From Cetorhinus maximus (taxonomy: Eukaryota), in contig NC_135892.1 of assembly GCF_964194155.1 (NCBI RefSeq), forward strand, positions 11,780,001 to 11,844,000: a stretch of 64,000 nt of DNA, given 5' to 3'. How positions within the stretch are numbered: the stretch's first letter is position 1; every line of letters starts with the position of its first letter. Positions 47,606 to 58,005 of this stretch are shown in pieces. The notes beneath the pieces were generated by a model. It was given only the letters and a program-made list of their open reading frames with translations, did no database searches and was not told the origin of the DNA. The position numbers were made by a program, and so were the translations under genes.

Positions 47606-47759
47606 ATCTGACTTAAGGGTCTCACGTGGCTGTTGTCAAAGTCAGAGGAAAACACGTTTGATTTTGCTAATGCTCTCGCTGTTAGGGAGACTTTTTGTTT
47701 TGTAAAATACAGGCCTTTACATTTTGCAAGCTGAATTCAACAGCCTTTCGCTAAAGGGC

Positions 47760-48560
47760 AACAATTATATTTACAGAGCACCTTGAACATAATAAAACAT
47801 CCCACTTCACAAAAACAGCATGAGGCAAAGTTAGGTACCATGGCCGGAATTTTATGGCCCTGTCGCGGTGGGGGTGAAATGCAGCCAGCCATTCTAAACT
47901 CCGTTGACTTCGGCAGGAAGCTAAAATCCCGCTGCCATAAAATTCCATCATAAGACACAAAAGACAATATGGCCAGAGACTTGGCCAATGAGGTATGTTT
48001 TAAGGAGCATCTTAAAGGAAGAAAGAGAGGTAGAGAGGCGGAGATGTTTCGGGAGGGCATTCCATGCAGAGCTGAGGACTCGGGCAGCTGAAAGCGTGGC
48101 TGCCAATGGTGGAGGGATTCAAATCAGGGATGTTCCGGAGGCCAGGATTAGACGCGGGCAGATATCTTGGAGGGTCGTTGGATCGGAGGAGATTACAGAG
48201 ATAGGGAGGGGTGAGGCCAGGGAGGGATTTAAAAAACAAGAATAAGAATTTTAAAATTAAGACATTGTTTAACTGGGAGCCCATGTGGGTCAGCGAGCAT
48301 AGCAGGTGATAGGTGAACAGGCTTTGATGCAAGCAAGGACTTAGACAGCTGAGTTTTGGACGATTTCAAGTTGGCGGAGGGTAGGGAGTGAGAGCGGGTT
48401 GGAATAGTCAAGCCATGAATGAAGGTTTCAGCAACAGATAAACTGAGAAAGGAATAGAGTCGTGTGATGTTACAGGGGTGAAAATAGACGGCCTAAATAA
48501 TGGCACAGATATGTGGTCAGACACTCATCTCAGGGTCAAATATGACAGTAATGTTGTGAC
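47760..48560 (-). mobile_element. L2 LINE 3' portion with a nested MITE
   Basis: HGLPVKQCLNFKILILV / FKSLPGLTPPYLCNLL...STIGSHAFSCP. Confidence 0.9.
47842..47946. mobile_element. About 105-bp MITE in the L2 3' UTR
   Basis: Perfect 13-bp inverted repeat GGAATTTTATGGC (47846-47858) / GCCATAAAATTCC (47934-47946). Confidence 0.8.
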
Positions 48561-49304
48561 CCATTGCAAAAGTAGCCTATGCCTGCGTGTCTCGATTTTA
48601 GTTACTGCATTGATACATTTATTTTAAGGGGAAGGTTGAAGCAATTTGCTTTAATTGCATTTCTGCTGATCTACTCCTTTCCTGAATTGTACTGTACCTT
48701 TCTATTTATTTAAAACGTGGGTTTAATTAACGGATTACAGACAAGGGTGAATTTTTTTGTATTTGACGGAATCAGAAATTACGGAAGATTTGCTCAGTGA
48801 ATCCCTGAATTGTGCTGAAAAATAACTGATCAAACTGCTTACAAATTCCTTCTCCACACTCATAAATTTCATACTGAGAGTTCACACATGATAATTGCCT
48901 GACCTTTACTGCTAAGAGACTAACTAATTAAAGCTGTACAGCTGCACTTGGCGTGTTTTTTTATGTGAACTATGAAATTTAGTGATAATTATGCAGCAGA
49001 ATTGCACTGTTAATATCTTTATCATGGAGAAGAGTGAAACGGTTGTTAATCGAAAGCTGTGATTTCAAACACTGTAGCTCTGAAATGACATGCAGGAAAC
49101 TGATTTAATTTTTAATGGAGTAGGTTATGTAGTTAGAATAAAGTAGCCTTTCTTCTGTGGATTGAAATGTACCAGGTTACATTAGGCAATCGAAATGTGT
49201 CGTAGGAGCACTACAATTAATCAGGTGCAAGAGATGGGGAAACTAGCCAGTCATCAGGTTCAGGAACACTATCTGTTGAGGGTTTGATGGGATACATGCC
49301 AAGG

Positions 49305-50105
49305 GGCTTCTTTCCCCCAGCTACAGAGACTGGAATTAGGGGTTGTAGTCTTAGAATAAAAGGTCGGTTATTTAGGACTGAGGTTAGGGGGAGTATTCAG
49401 GGTTGGGAATCCTGGGGGTTGTCTACCCCCCCCCAGCGTGTTGTGAAGCTCAGTTGTTGAACTGCTGAGCAGGCTCAGTTGCTAGCACTCCTGTCTTTGA
49501 GTTAGAATGTTTGTGGGTTCAAGTCACACCCCAGAGGTTGAAGCACAGCATGGAGTCTGACACTGCCATGCAGTAATGGGGGGAGGGATGCACCATTAGA
49601 GATATTGTCTTTCACATGCGATATTAAACCAAGGCTCTGCCTGTTCTTTCAGGAGGACATAAAATATCCCGGGACACTATTTTGAATAGGAGCAGGAAGT
49701 TATCCCCAGTGTCCTGGGCCAATATTTGTTCATAGATCAACAGCACAAAAACAGATGATCTGGTCATTATCACGTTGCTGTTTGTGGGAGCTTGCGGTGC
49801 GCAGATTGGCTGCTGTGTTTCCTGCACCACAACAGGGACTACACGTCAAAAGTACTTAATTGGCTGTAAAGGAGTTTGGGGTGCCCTGAGGTTGGGAAAG
49901 TCCTTCTTTCGTATATTGTGCCAGTGGGCTATGGACGTTCAGTCAATGAGCATATTCAAGACTGTGATTGATAGATACACGGACACTAAAGGAATCAAGG
50001 GATATGGGGATAGGATAGAGAAATAGGAGTTGGATTTTATTGAATGATGGAGCAGGCTTGAGGGGCCTTGTGGCCTACTCCTGCTCCTATTTCTTATGTT
50101 CTATT
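49305..50105 (+). mobile_element. CR1 3' end split by a full-length Deu-SINE (about 49470-49910, + strand)
   Basis: CR1 ...TTTAGGACTGAG...GCTCAGTTGTTGA, then SINE head (B box GGTTCAAGTC) and core, then CR1 resumes GCTATGGACGTTCAGTCAATGAG through to its tail. Confidence 0.8.
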
Positions 50106-52281
50106 GTTCTACTGGAAACTATCCTTACTTCGACACGTGTGATGAAGGAACGGCAATATTAAACGGTGGGCCAAGCCTGTGATTGCGTATATGAAGGAAT
50201 AATTTATCAACTTTTACTGCCCAGGTTTATGAAGACTGCCTACCTGAGATACCAGAGACCAACATTTGTGCCACTGTTATCCATTAAGAGTTGTACAATG
50301 CTAGAATTAGCAAGAGAGGCAAAATATTTGGTAAATGCTATTTCCTCGGAGAGTAATTCAATAGAGCTGACTGGAGTCACACTGATAATAAAAAGGCATT
50401 TCATTGCTTAACACATTTGAAATATTCAAAAACTCTTTATTATTCATTAATTATTAAACTAGAGAATAAAGTATTTTAAAATACCATCCTTTAGCTATTT
50501 CCTTTTTTTTTTAATAAAGCAAAATGTTTGAGAATGAGCCCGAACAGCTTATCAGGTCTGATTTGGAGAGTGACTGCTTCACAAGGTTCTGTACTGCTCT
50601 TAAAATGACTTGCAAGGAAATGTGTCATTTATGAGAATTTTTACATTTACCACATCCCCCAGATCCAAGTGTAATTTTCTCACTTCAACTCATTCAAGGC
50701 AAGTGTAGTAATGATTTGTTATAGTCAGTCTCTTGTGCCTTGCACTTGTCTGCAGAAGCAGTCAGACCTGTGACCTTTTAGCCAGTAGGGGGTACACAAA
50801 GCATTGGCAACTGAGAATGAGATTGGCCTTGTGAGCTCCTTCATTACACTGTACTACAAAGCTCCGCTAAAACAATGGGGATACATGACGTAAGTCATAT
50901 TTCATTCCTTTTCGGTTTTATTTAGTAAGGCATGGGGCATGTCCCTGACTATAAGCAGGGCAGCTAAATAACTCCTACATGTAATCCAGACGTGCATGCA
51001 ACATATATCTAATGTATATCAGGATTTTGTATCTTCAAAGCTTCAACCTTTAAAAACTGATCAGCCTTGGCTGCCATTTTGGATGAAAATGGCAGGTAGG
51101 TAGGAAATCAAAAATCACTGGCGGGAAAAGAAATTTTTGGCTAGGATAAAGGGGAGGAATGCCAGGAAGAAATAGGACCAAGACAGGGAATGGGAGTGCA
51201 AAATCAAGCCTCAAAGAAACTAAAGGATAGTGGAAAAGAGGCATCAATGTGTTGAGTCCCGGCAGAACAAAGAAAAACCTCATTGTTTTCAGACTTTAGC
51301 CCATCTATGGTGATTGTATATGTGTTTGGAAACAGAGAGATGGGCTTTTATTCTGGATCTATATTATTATGAATTGTGCACATGCAGAATTGCTTACTAA
51401 TATCATTGTGGGGAAATCAAATACTTTTCACAGTTAATGATTCTGTTACACTTTCACTTATCATGCTTTCTAGTCCCTCTTTTATTATTGTTAGCCGTGT
51501 GTGTTTGCAAACTGGAATTCTGGCTAACTAATTCCATGTTAAATCCATTCACACAGCAGTTTGTACACTTTTAAGCATGAATATTTCTCAAAGTAAAAAC
51601 ATCAAATAGAATAGCAGCCTGAGAAGTATGAGAGTTATGACTTTGATTATTATTATTCTTTATAACTATTATATACATATTGTTTACAAACATGGGTTCT
51701 GCTAAAAACTAAAACCACTGAATTAGAAACTCCACCGAAAGTTGTTAATATTGGCAATGGTCCAATGATAGATATGTGTGTTCCACGTTCGCAGTCAGTC
51801 TTGCAAATAGAATATCATGCTGTGTTAAAGAAAACAGAAGTGTTTTTACTTGCAATAAATCCATCCATTCCTTTGTTGAAGATCACAACCAACATTGCTT
51901 TATGAATTATCATATTAATGTCTCACCCTCCCGTCCCACCACACCCCGCCAACGCTCACTCCCCACCTTCTCCATAGAACCAGCTTCCTTTGTCTATGTT
52001 TAGTTAAATAATTGTACATAGTTAAATAGTTATGTGGTTAAATGATGATCTGTTGTGGAGAGGCAAAAGTATTGTGTGAACTTTAAGCACTCCACACCAT
52101 GAAATCAGATTAGCTGAGCAAATAGAACTGTGCGATATTTCTTCATTCACAATCATATTTCACAAACAAGGAATTGGTAACCTTGTCTCTTCCTTTTTTT
52201 TTTAAAGCTCCTGCACTAATTTGTAGACTAATCATCTTATAAATATCCTGAAACCAAGGACACATAGGAAAAGATAGGTAC

Positions 52282-52307
52282 TGTGCGTGTGTGTGTGTGT
52301 GTGTGTG
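52282..52307. repeat. (TG)n microsatellite
   Basis: TGTGCGTGTGTG... run. Confidence 0.95.
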
Positions 52308-53677
52308 GTTCCTTCACCTTGGTCCCTCTAACGTTTTAGGAAAAAAACACGGTAATTAATCGATGTCAGTGTGTGAAGCTTCAAGTACTGAAAATCTTTC
52401 TAAAGAAAGCTTTGATTTTTGGAGGTGCATTTGATTGTGTAATTCACAGAACTGAAGATGCCAACTATGGAAGTCACCCCGAGGAACAATACAACACTCC
52501 TGAGCTTTCCTGTAGGTCAGTGCTTACCAATTCTAGTTGGTACCTACTGACCAATGTTTTAAATTTCAGTGCAAAATGTTATTGAAGGGATCGGATGGTG
52601 GAGGTTATGCCTTAATCCAAGCAATTCAATAAAGGTCTGATGACTAAACAATAATGAATTCCAGAATCTCTACTTTGTTTGGACAGAAGTTTTATTGCAG
52701 AATTTTTACTCAACTGATGAGATAAATCCATTTGATTTACATTCCTGGTGCCCGATTTTTCAAAAGGCACATTATGAAAAAGAATGGAAAAATATTCTTT
52801 TTCTATCTTGCATCAAATCGCTTCATGCCCTATTTGGTAAAAGTGTTAATATAATGATTATTTGCAGTAATCCCATTCTCCTTCCCAAATGTACAGCTGA
52901 GGTTGTCACTGATCACACTAACAAGTCCTTTTTTGTGTTGTGTAAACTCTTATTCCTGTTCTTGTGAATCACCATCGACACAGTCTCCTCCTCCTCCTCT
53001 CCTGAAGATATTGGGTTACACAGAAGTACAAATCCCCCAGGAGCGGGCAGCTGGCTTTGAACTTTGCTGGGCTAGCCCTGTTGTGAGCTCAGGGGCCTAA
53101 GTCCAGTCATAGCACCTACCATACCCGCCGTTCCCCCCACCTCCACCCCCACCCTCACCCCCAGCTCGCAACGTCCACCTGACCAGAGATCAGCTAACCC
53201 AATATAAACAGCAAGCAGTAAAGAATCATATTTCTTGATGTTTTACAGGAATATGTGCGTCAATTCTCTTAAGTAAAGGAACACTAAAAGAAAATGAAAA
53301 GTTTAATGTTTGTGATGGCGTTATGTGTACAGGTAAATCATCCAGGCTGTTCAGGAAATGTCAGGCTCCATTAATGTCTCAGGCCCAGCAAGTGCGGTCA
53401 ATTTTTAACCATTCCAATAATTCACTTGTGACACAGATTTTGTTTTCTTTTAAAATATTCATTTAAAGGCAATCTATTCACAACATTGATAAAGCCACAG
53501 CCAACCATCTGGTTTGGCTCATATCAAATTAGTCATACTGGTCTAAACAGATATTGGAGAACCAGACTCAGCTCTTAAGAAAGCTTAGACAAATTATTAG
53601 CACAGAACAATGAGTGTTATAAGAAGTTCGGCAGATTTTTTGACGAATAATTCTTTCTTAAACTCTTCATAGTGAGT

Positions 53678-54113
53678 ATTAGCTATGGCTCAGTATGTAA
53701 AAATCTTGCCATTGATTCAGACAGGTTTAAGTCCAGGATTTGAATCCAAAAATCAAAGCTGACACTCCAGCGCGATACTGAGGGAGTGTTGCACTGTTTG
53801 AGGTGCTGTCTTCAGTATGAATGTCAAGCCAGTCAGCCCTCTCAGGTGGAGGTAAAAGATCCCATGGTCACTATTTTAAGGAAGAGCGGGGGAGTTCTCC
53901 CCTGGGGTCAACATTTATCCCACAACCAACAGCACTTCGGAAAAAAAAAAGGATGATCTGATCATTATCACGTTGCTGTTTGTGGGATCTTGCTGTATGC
54001 AGATTGGCTGCTGCATTTCCCTCATTACAGGAATGACTACACTTGGTTGTAAAGGGCTCTGGGGTGTCCTAAGGTTGTGAAAAGCGCTATATAAATGGAA
54101 GCCTTTCTTTCTT
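53678..54113 (+). mobile_element. Deu-SINE, full length
   Basis: TGGCTCAGT head, Deu core, GCGCTATATAAATGGAAG tail. Confidence 0.88.
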
Positions 54114-54333
54114 TAATATTAATGGAGAGAAAATTGGACAGACTAAGTGATGGACATAACATCTTCCATGTCCAATGTTATGACATGCGTGAGCAAATTG
54201 GGAAGCTGCTGAATTATGGGATCCTTTGTAAAGCGTTTCAGGGAAGATATTAATTTACGGCAAAGGTGCAAGAACAAGTGGTTAGCTGATTGGCTGTTTG
54301 TTTGTCCCTTCAGAGTGGTATTCTATTCTGTGG

Positions 54334-54420
54334 CAAAATAAAAACAGAATTACCTGGAAAAACTCAGCAAGTCTGGCAGCATCGGCGGAGAAGAAATCAG
54401 TCAACGTTTCGAGCCCTCAT
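54334..54420 (-). mobile_element. Penelope-like pLTR fragment
   Basis: CCTGGAAAAACTCAGCAAGTCTGGCAGCATC...AACGTTTCGAGCCC, breaking off inside hammerhead stem II. Confidence 0.75.
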
Positions 54421-55504
54421 TCTGTGGTATTTTTAGCTGACTGAACAATTCACAGTCAGGATTAAAGCTGTCCTTTTGGATTGGCTACCAGGTGCCTAGC
54501 CACCAGAACAAATTCAAATGAACTGGGGCAATTGTCTTTGAGTAAGAGTGAAAGAAGTTCAGTCTGTGCTTGATGACTCAGTACACTTGAGGGCAACCTA
54601 ATTCTACTTGTAAAAACCAGCCTGGGAGAAATTAAACACTGAGCACAAGCGAATGGCTTCTCATCTCTCAAATATTTTAAAGTCTTGCTACAGGTATGTA
54701 AAACCCTGCTGCTTTTCAAAAACTTGTGTCTACACTGATTGGAAAATTCCTCATTGAAATGGTAGGATTTAGCGTCTGTGTTTATTCTATGTTTAAATTA
54801 TTACTGGCAAATTTTGACTGGGCAAATACTACATTACTGTACAGGAATCCCTTTGTCTCCTCCTTTAATACCAGGTTAATGGTTTCACTAGCTAGCGGGC
54901 AAAATATATCATTCAAACACATTTAGCATCTGTCTAGTGACGTTGCCACCCGTAATTTCTAGGCATTTATTCCTAAATAAATATTGCTGATGGCATCTAG
55001 TTAATGGGAGAGAAGACATGAAGTTAATCGCACTTTAGAAGTACTGAAAACAGTAACTACCTTGCAACCAAAGTTCACCTTCAGTGTAAAGAAATGCCTC
55101 AAGGCACTTCACAAATGGGTGCAGGAGAAATAGATGGTGAGCCAGAAAGGGCAACTGAGAGCCCTAAGTCAATGAGATGGTCGCCGGGGAGGTTTTGAAG
55201 GTGTTTGATCACAAGGACCTGCGCCTGTTTTTCACTCAGTCCATTAAATGTGAAAGACTTTCCCCTGCTTCTCAGTGAATGGATTCAACTTGAAGAACTC
55301 TGTTGTCTGATTGAGTGCAAGGAAAATCTCCTGTTTTTCGATGGGGGAGGTTCAGTAGAAAAAATGAAATGCACGGTCTGTTTCTGTACACACACTTCTG
55401 CCCAGTATTACCCATTTGTGAATCACTTGTTTTGTAATCCTTTTACTGGAATTACTATTAAATACCTTTTCATTTCAATGTCGAACCAGAAAGGCTTACA
55501 ACAC

Positions 55505-55710
55505 TCGAGGAGGCCTGAATTTTTTTGGAACAAGCCTCCTGTGAGGTACCTTATCAAAAGCCTTCAGAAAATCCAAATCTACACTTATTAAATTTATCAA
55601 TCAAATATCAGTCACTTCTTCAAATGATTCCAATAAATTTGTTGGATACCACTTGCCTTTAATAAAACCATGATCAACCTTTGATTTGCGCGTGCATTTC
55701 TAAACAGTCA
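55505..55710 (-). mobile_element. CR1 RT-domain relic
   Basis: HGFIKGKWYPTNLLESFEEVT...LDFLKAFDKVPHRRL on the minus strand. Confidence 0.8.
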
Positions 55711-56199
55711 CGAGTTTTACCGTGCAGAAACAAGTGGAAAAAGTATTTTCAAATAGTTTTCTCTTGCCTTTTCCTCGAGCGTTTTACAGAAGTATAATCC
55801 TTTCTCCTTTTGCCCCCTCCTGAGACATTTATGCACGGTTTTCTGACTTCAGGCTCCAGAGGTGCTGCCTCACCCACTTGTTGCCTGGATCAGAAACTTG
55901 AGGTACATTGGTTCTCCAACCACTCACATGAATATTTATGACTCCAAATTTCTAACCTGCAGTATTTGATGAGCGAGGCATGCTGCCTGAAGTACAAAGG
56001 CAGAAAATTGCTTCATACTCTTCTCCCCACCATTCACAATGTGCAACCTGCACTCAGGTTGCAAATTCAATGGGTGGGGCATCATATCTCCTTGTCTGAC
56101 AGGCAATGGCTTCATGATTGACAGTGTCTCAAATGAATAAATATAATGATCACTTCAAATTCACTTCAGCAAAACTTATACTTTAATATCTCAATGAAT

Positions 56200-56310
56200 A
56201 TCTCCTACATTACAACAGTGACTGTACTTCAAAAGTACTTCATTGGTTGTAAAGCACTTTGGGAAGTCTTGAAGTTGTGAAAGGTGCTATAGAAATACAA
56301 GTCTCTTTTT
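56200..56310 (+). mobile_element. Deu-SINE 3' fragment
   Basis: CCTACATTACAACAGTGACT...GGTGCTATAGAAATACAAG. Confidence 0.85.
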
Positions 56311-56679
56311 ACAAAATCGAACCAGAATTTATACTAGAGCTACTTAACGGTGAATGTTGTTGAGTTTAAAGAAATAGAGGGGTTAATGTGGCTTTAGATC
56401 CAATAGCTCTGACATTTGCTGTTGTATTTGCCACCTGGATCTGTTAAGGACATTTGTTCCACCCAGTACAAGTGGAGAAAACAACTCAGACCAGGAAAAC
56501 ATAATGTTCCTTTACAGTCATTCTTTCTATATTCTTTTAAAGCCAATTTTCTCTGACAGAGAATAAGACTTGCATTTCTACAATGTTTGTCCAAAACTCC
56601 TTACAGACAATTAAATACTTCTGAAGTATAGTCACTTTTGCAATTTAACTTTCTCTCCTCCTCTCTTGTCTTTTGGAAA

Positions 56680-56935
56680 AAAGAGAGACACATTGTCAAA
56701 GATTTTTGCCTTCCACTCATCAGGACAAACACAAGAATGCCAAACTTCAAACGATCACAACAACTTACACCGCAGGAGGAAAAGTTGATGATTGGTTGGC
56801 AGTTCGACTCTGATTGGCTGAGGCATTGCCATGGAGAAAGCAACGGTGAATTCTAGGCTCCCCCAGCTCATGGGTAATTCCAAAAAGGCACAAAGCTCGA
56901 ACATATTCCTTTTGTTTGCAGAGAACGGGTCCCTG
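56680..56935 (-). mobile_element. Second Penelope-like family: ORF C-terminus and 3' region with a hammerhead-like motif
   Basis: Minus strand reads GPVLCKQKEYVRALCLF (PLE-like C-terminus), followed by TTGTC-CTGATGA-GTGGAAGGC-AAAA-ATCT-TT-GACAA (56693-56728). Confidence 0.6.
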
Positions 56936-57397
56936 TGTCCTTCTCTTGTCCTTTAACTAGTGATTCTCTGCTGATTAGAAACTACAGGCACTCACTACCG
57001 ACAGCAGCTCACATAATTGGGCATTATTCATTTGTGAGCAAGTGCTGCACGGGTCAGGACTACAAAACTGAACCCAGTCTTGTCCTCACCCAATGTGTAT
57101 TCACACAGAGTTTCTGCAAGGGCTGTGGGCTAAAGATTTAGACCAAGAAACCCAATTTCCTTCTTTCTAATTGCTTCCTCCAATCCTACCCCCATAATCC
57201 ACCCCTAGAGGGTGACGCCAATTGTAGGTCCCACCGCTGTCCCAGCTTATCTCTATATCTTCTAATATAACACAGATCTACCTGTATTGCTCAGCAATAG
57301 TCACTGAACTATGTACTGCCACTTCTTGAACTTAGAAATAGAATTATCCCCCATCAAGGCAGCAACTAATGCGCTATAAATAGCTTCAAAACAGCTG

Positions 57398-58005
57398 CAA
57401 TAACTTGCATTTATATTGCATCTTTAATAAAGTGAAACATCCCAAGGCGCAATTTTCTCTGACAGAGAATAAGACTTGTATTCCTATAATGTTTGTCCAA
57501 AACGCCTTACCGACAATTAAATACTTATGAAGTATAGTCACTTTTGCAATTTAACTTTCTCTCCTCCTCTCTTGTCTTTTGGAAAAAAGAGAGACACATT
57601 GTCGAAGATTTTTGCCTTCCACTCATCAGGACAAACACAAGAATGCCAAACTTCAAACGATCACAACAACTTACACCGCAGGAGGAAAAGTTGCTGATTG
57701 GTTGGCAGTTCAACTCTGATTGGTTGAGGCATTGCCATGGAGAAAGCAACGGTGAAATCTAGGCTTCCCCAGCTCGTGGGCTATTCAAAAAAGACGTGTT
57801 TAGAAAACAAATTTGGCACCCAGCCATTTTAGGAGATTATGAAGGCAGATGACCAAAAGCTTGGTCAAAGAGCTAAGTTTTAAGGAGTGGCTTAAAGGAG
57901 GTGAGACGGAGGCAGAGATGTGGAGAGGTTTAGGAAAAGAATTTCAAAGCATAAGGCTACCACATTTGAAGACACAGCCACCAATTGTGGAGTGATTAAA
58001 ATCAG
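57398..58005 (-). mobile_element. L2 3' end interrupted by the duplicated segment
   Basis: AACTTGCATTTATATTGC...CATCCCAAGGCGC, then the insert, then AAACAAATTTGGCACC...GACCAAAAGCTTGGTCAAAGAG. Confidence 0.85.
57450..57793 (+). repeat. 344-bp direct duplicate of 56544-56887
   Basis: Gap-free alignment at offset 906 with about 16 substitutions counted by eye. Explains the twin ORFs at 56638 and 57544. Confidence 0.95.

Noticed and set aside
55833-56010. Possible MITE with ACTTCAGGC/GCCTGAAGT inverted ends
   Set aside because: Only 9 bp of perfect inverted match, no TSD and no second copy in the window.
56601-57762. Twin ORFs suggesting a duplicated small gene
   Set aside because: They lie in a duplicated composite of SINE and Penelope-like fragments and start at non-ATG codons.
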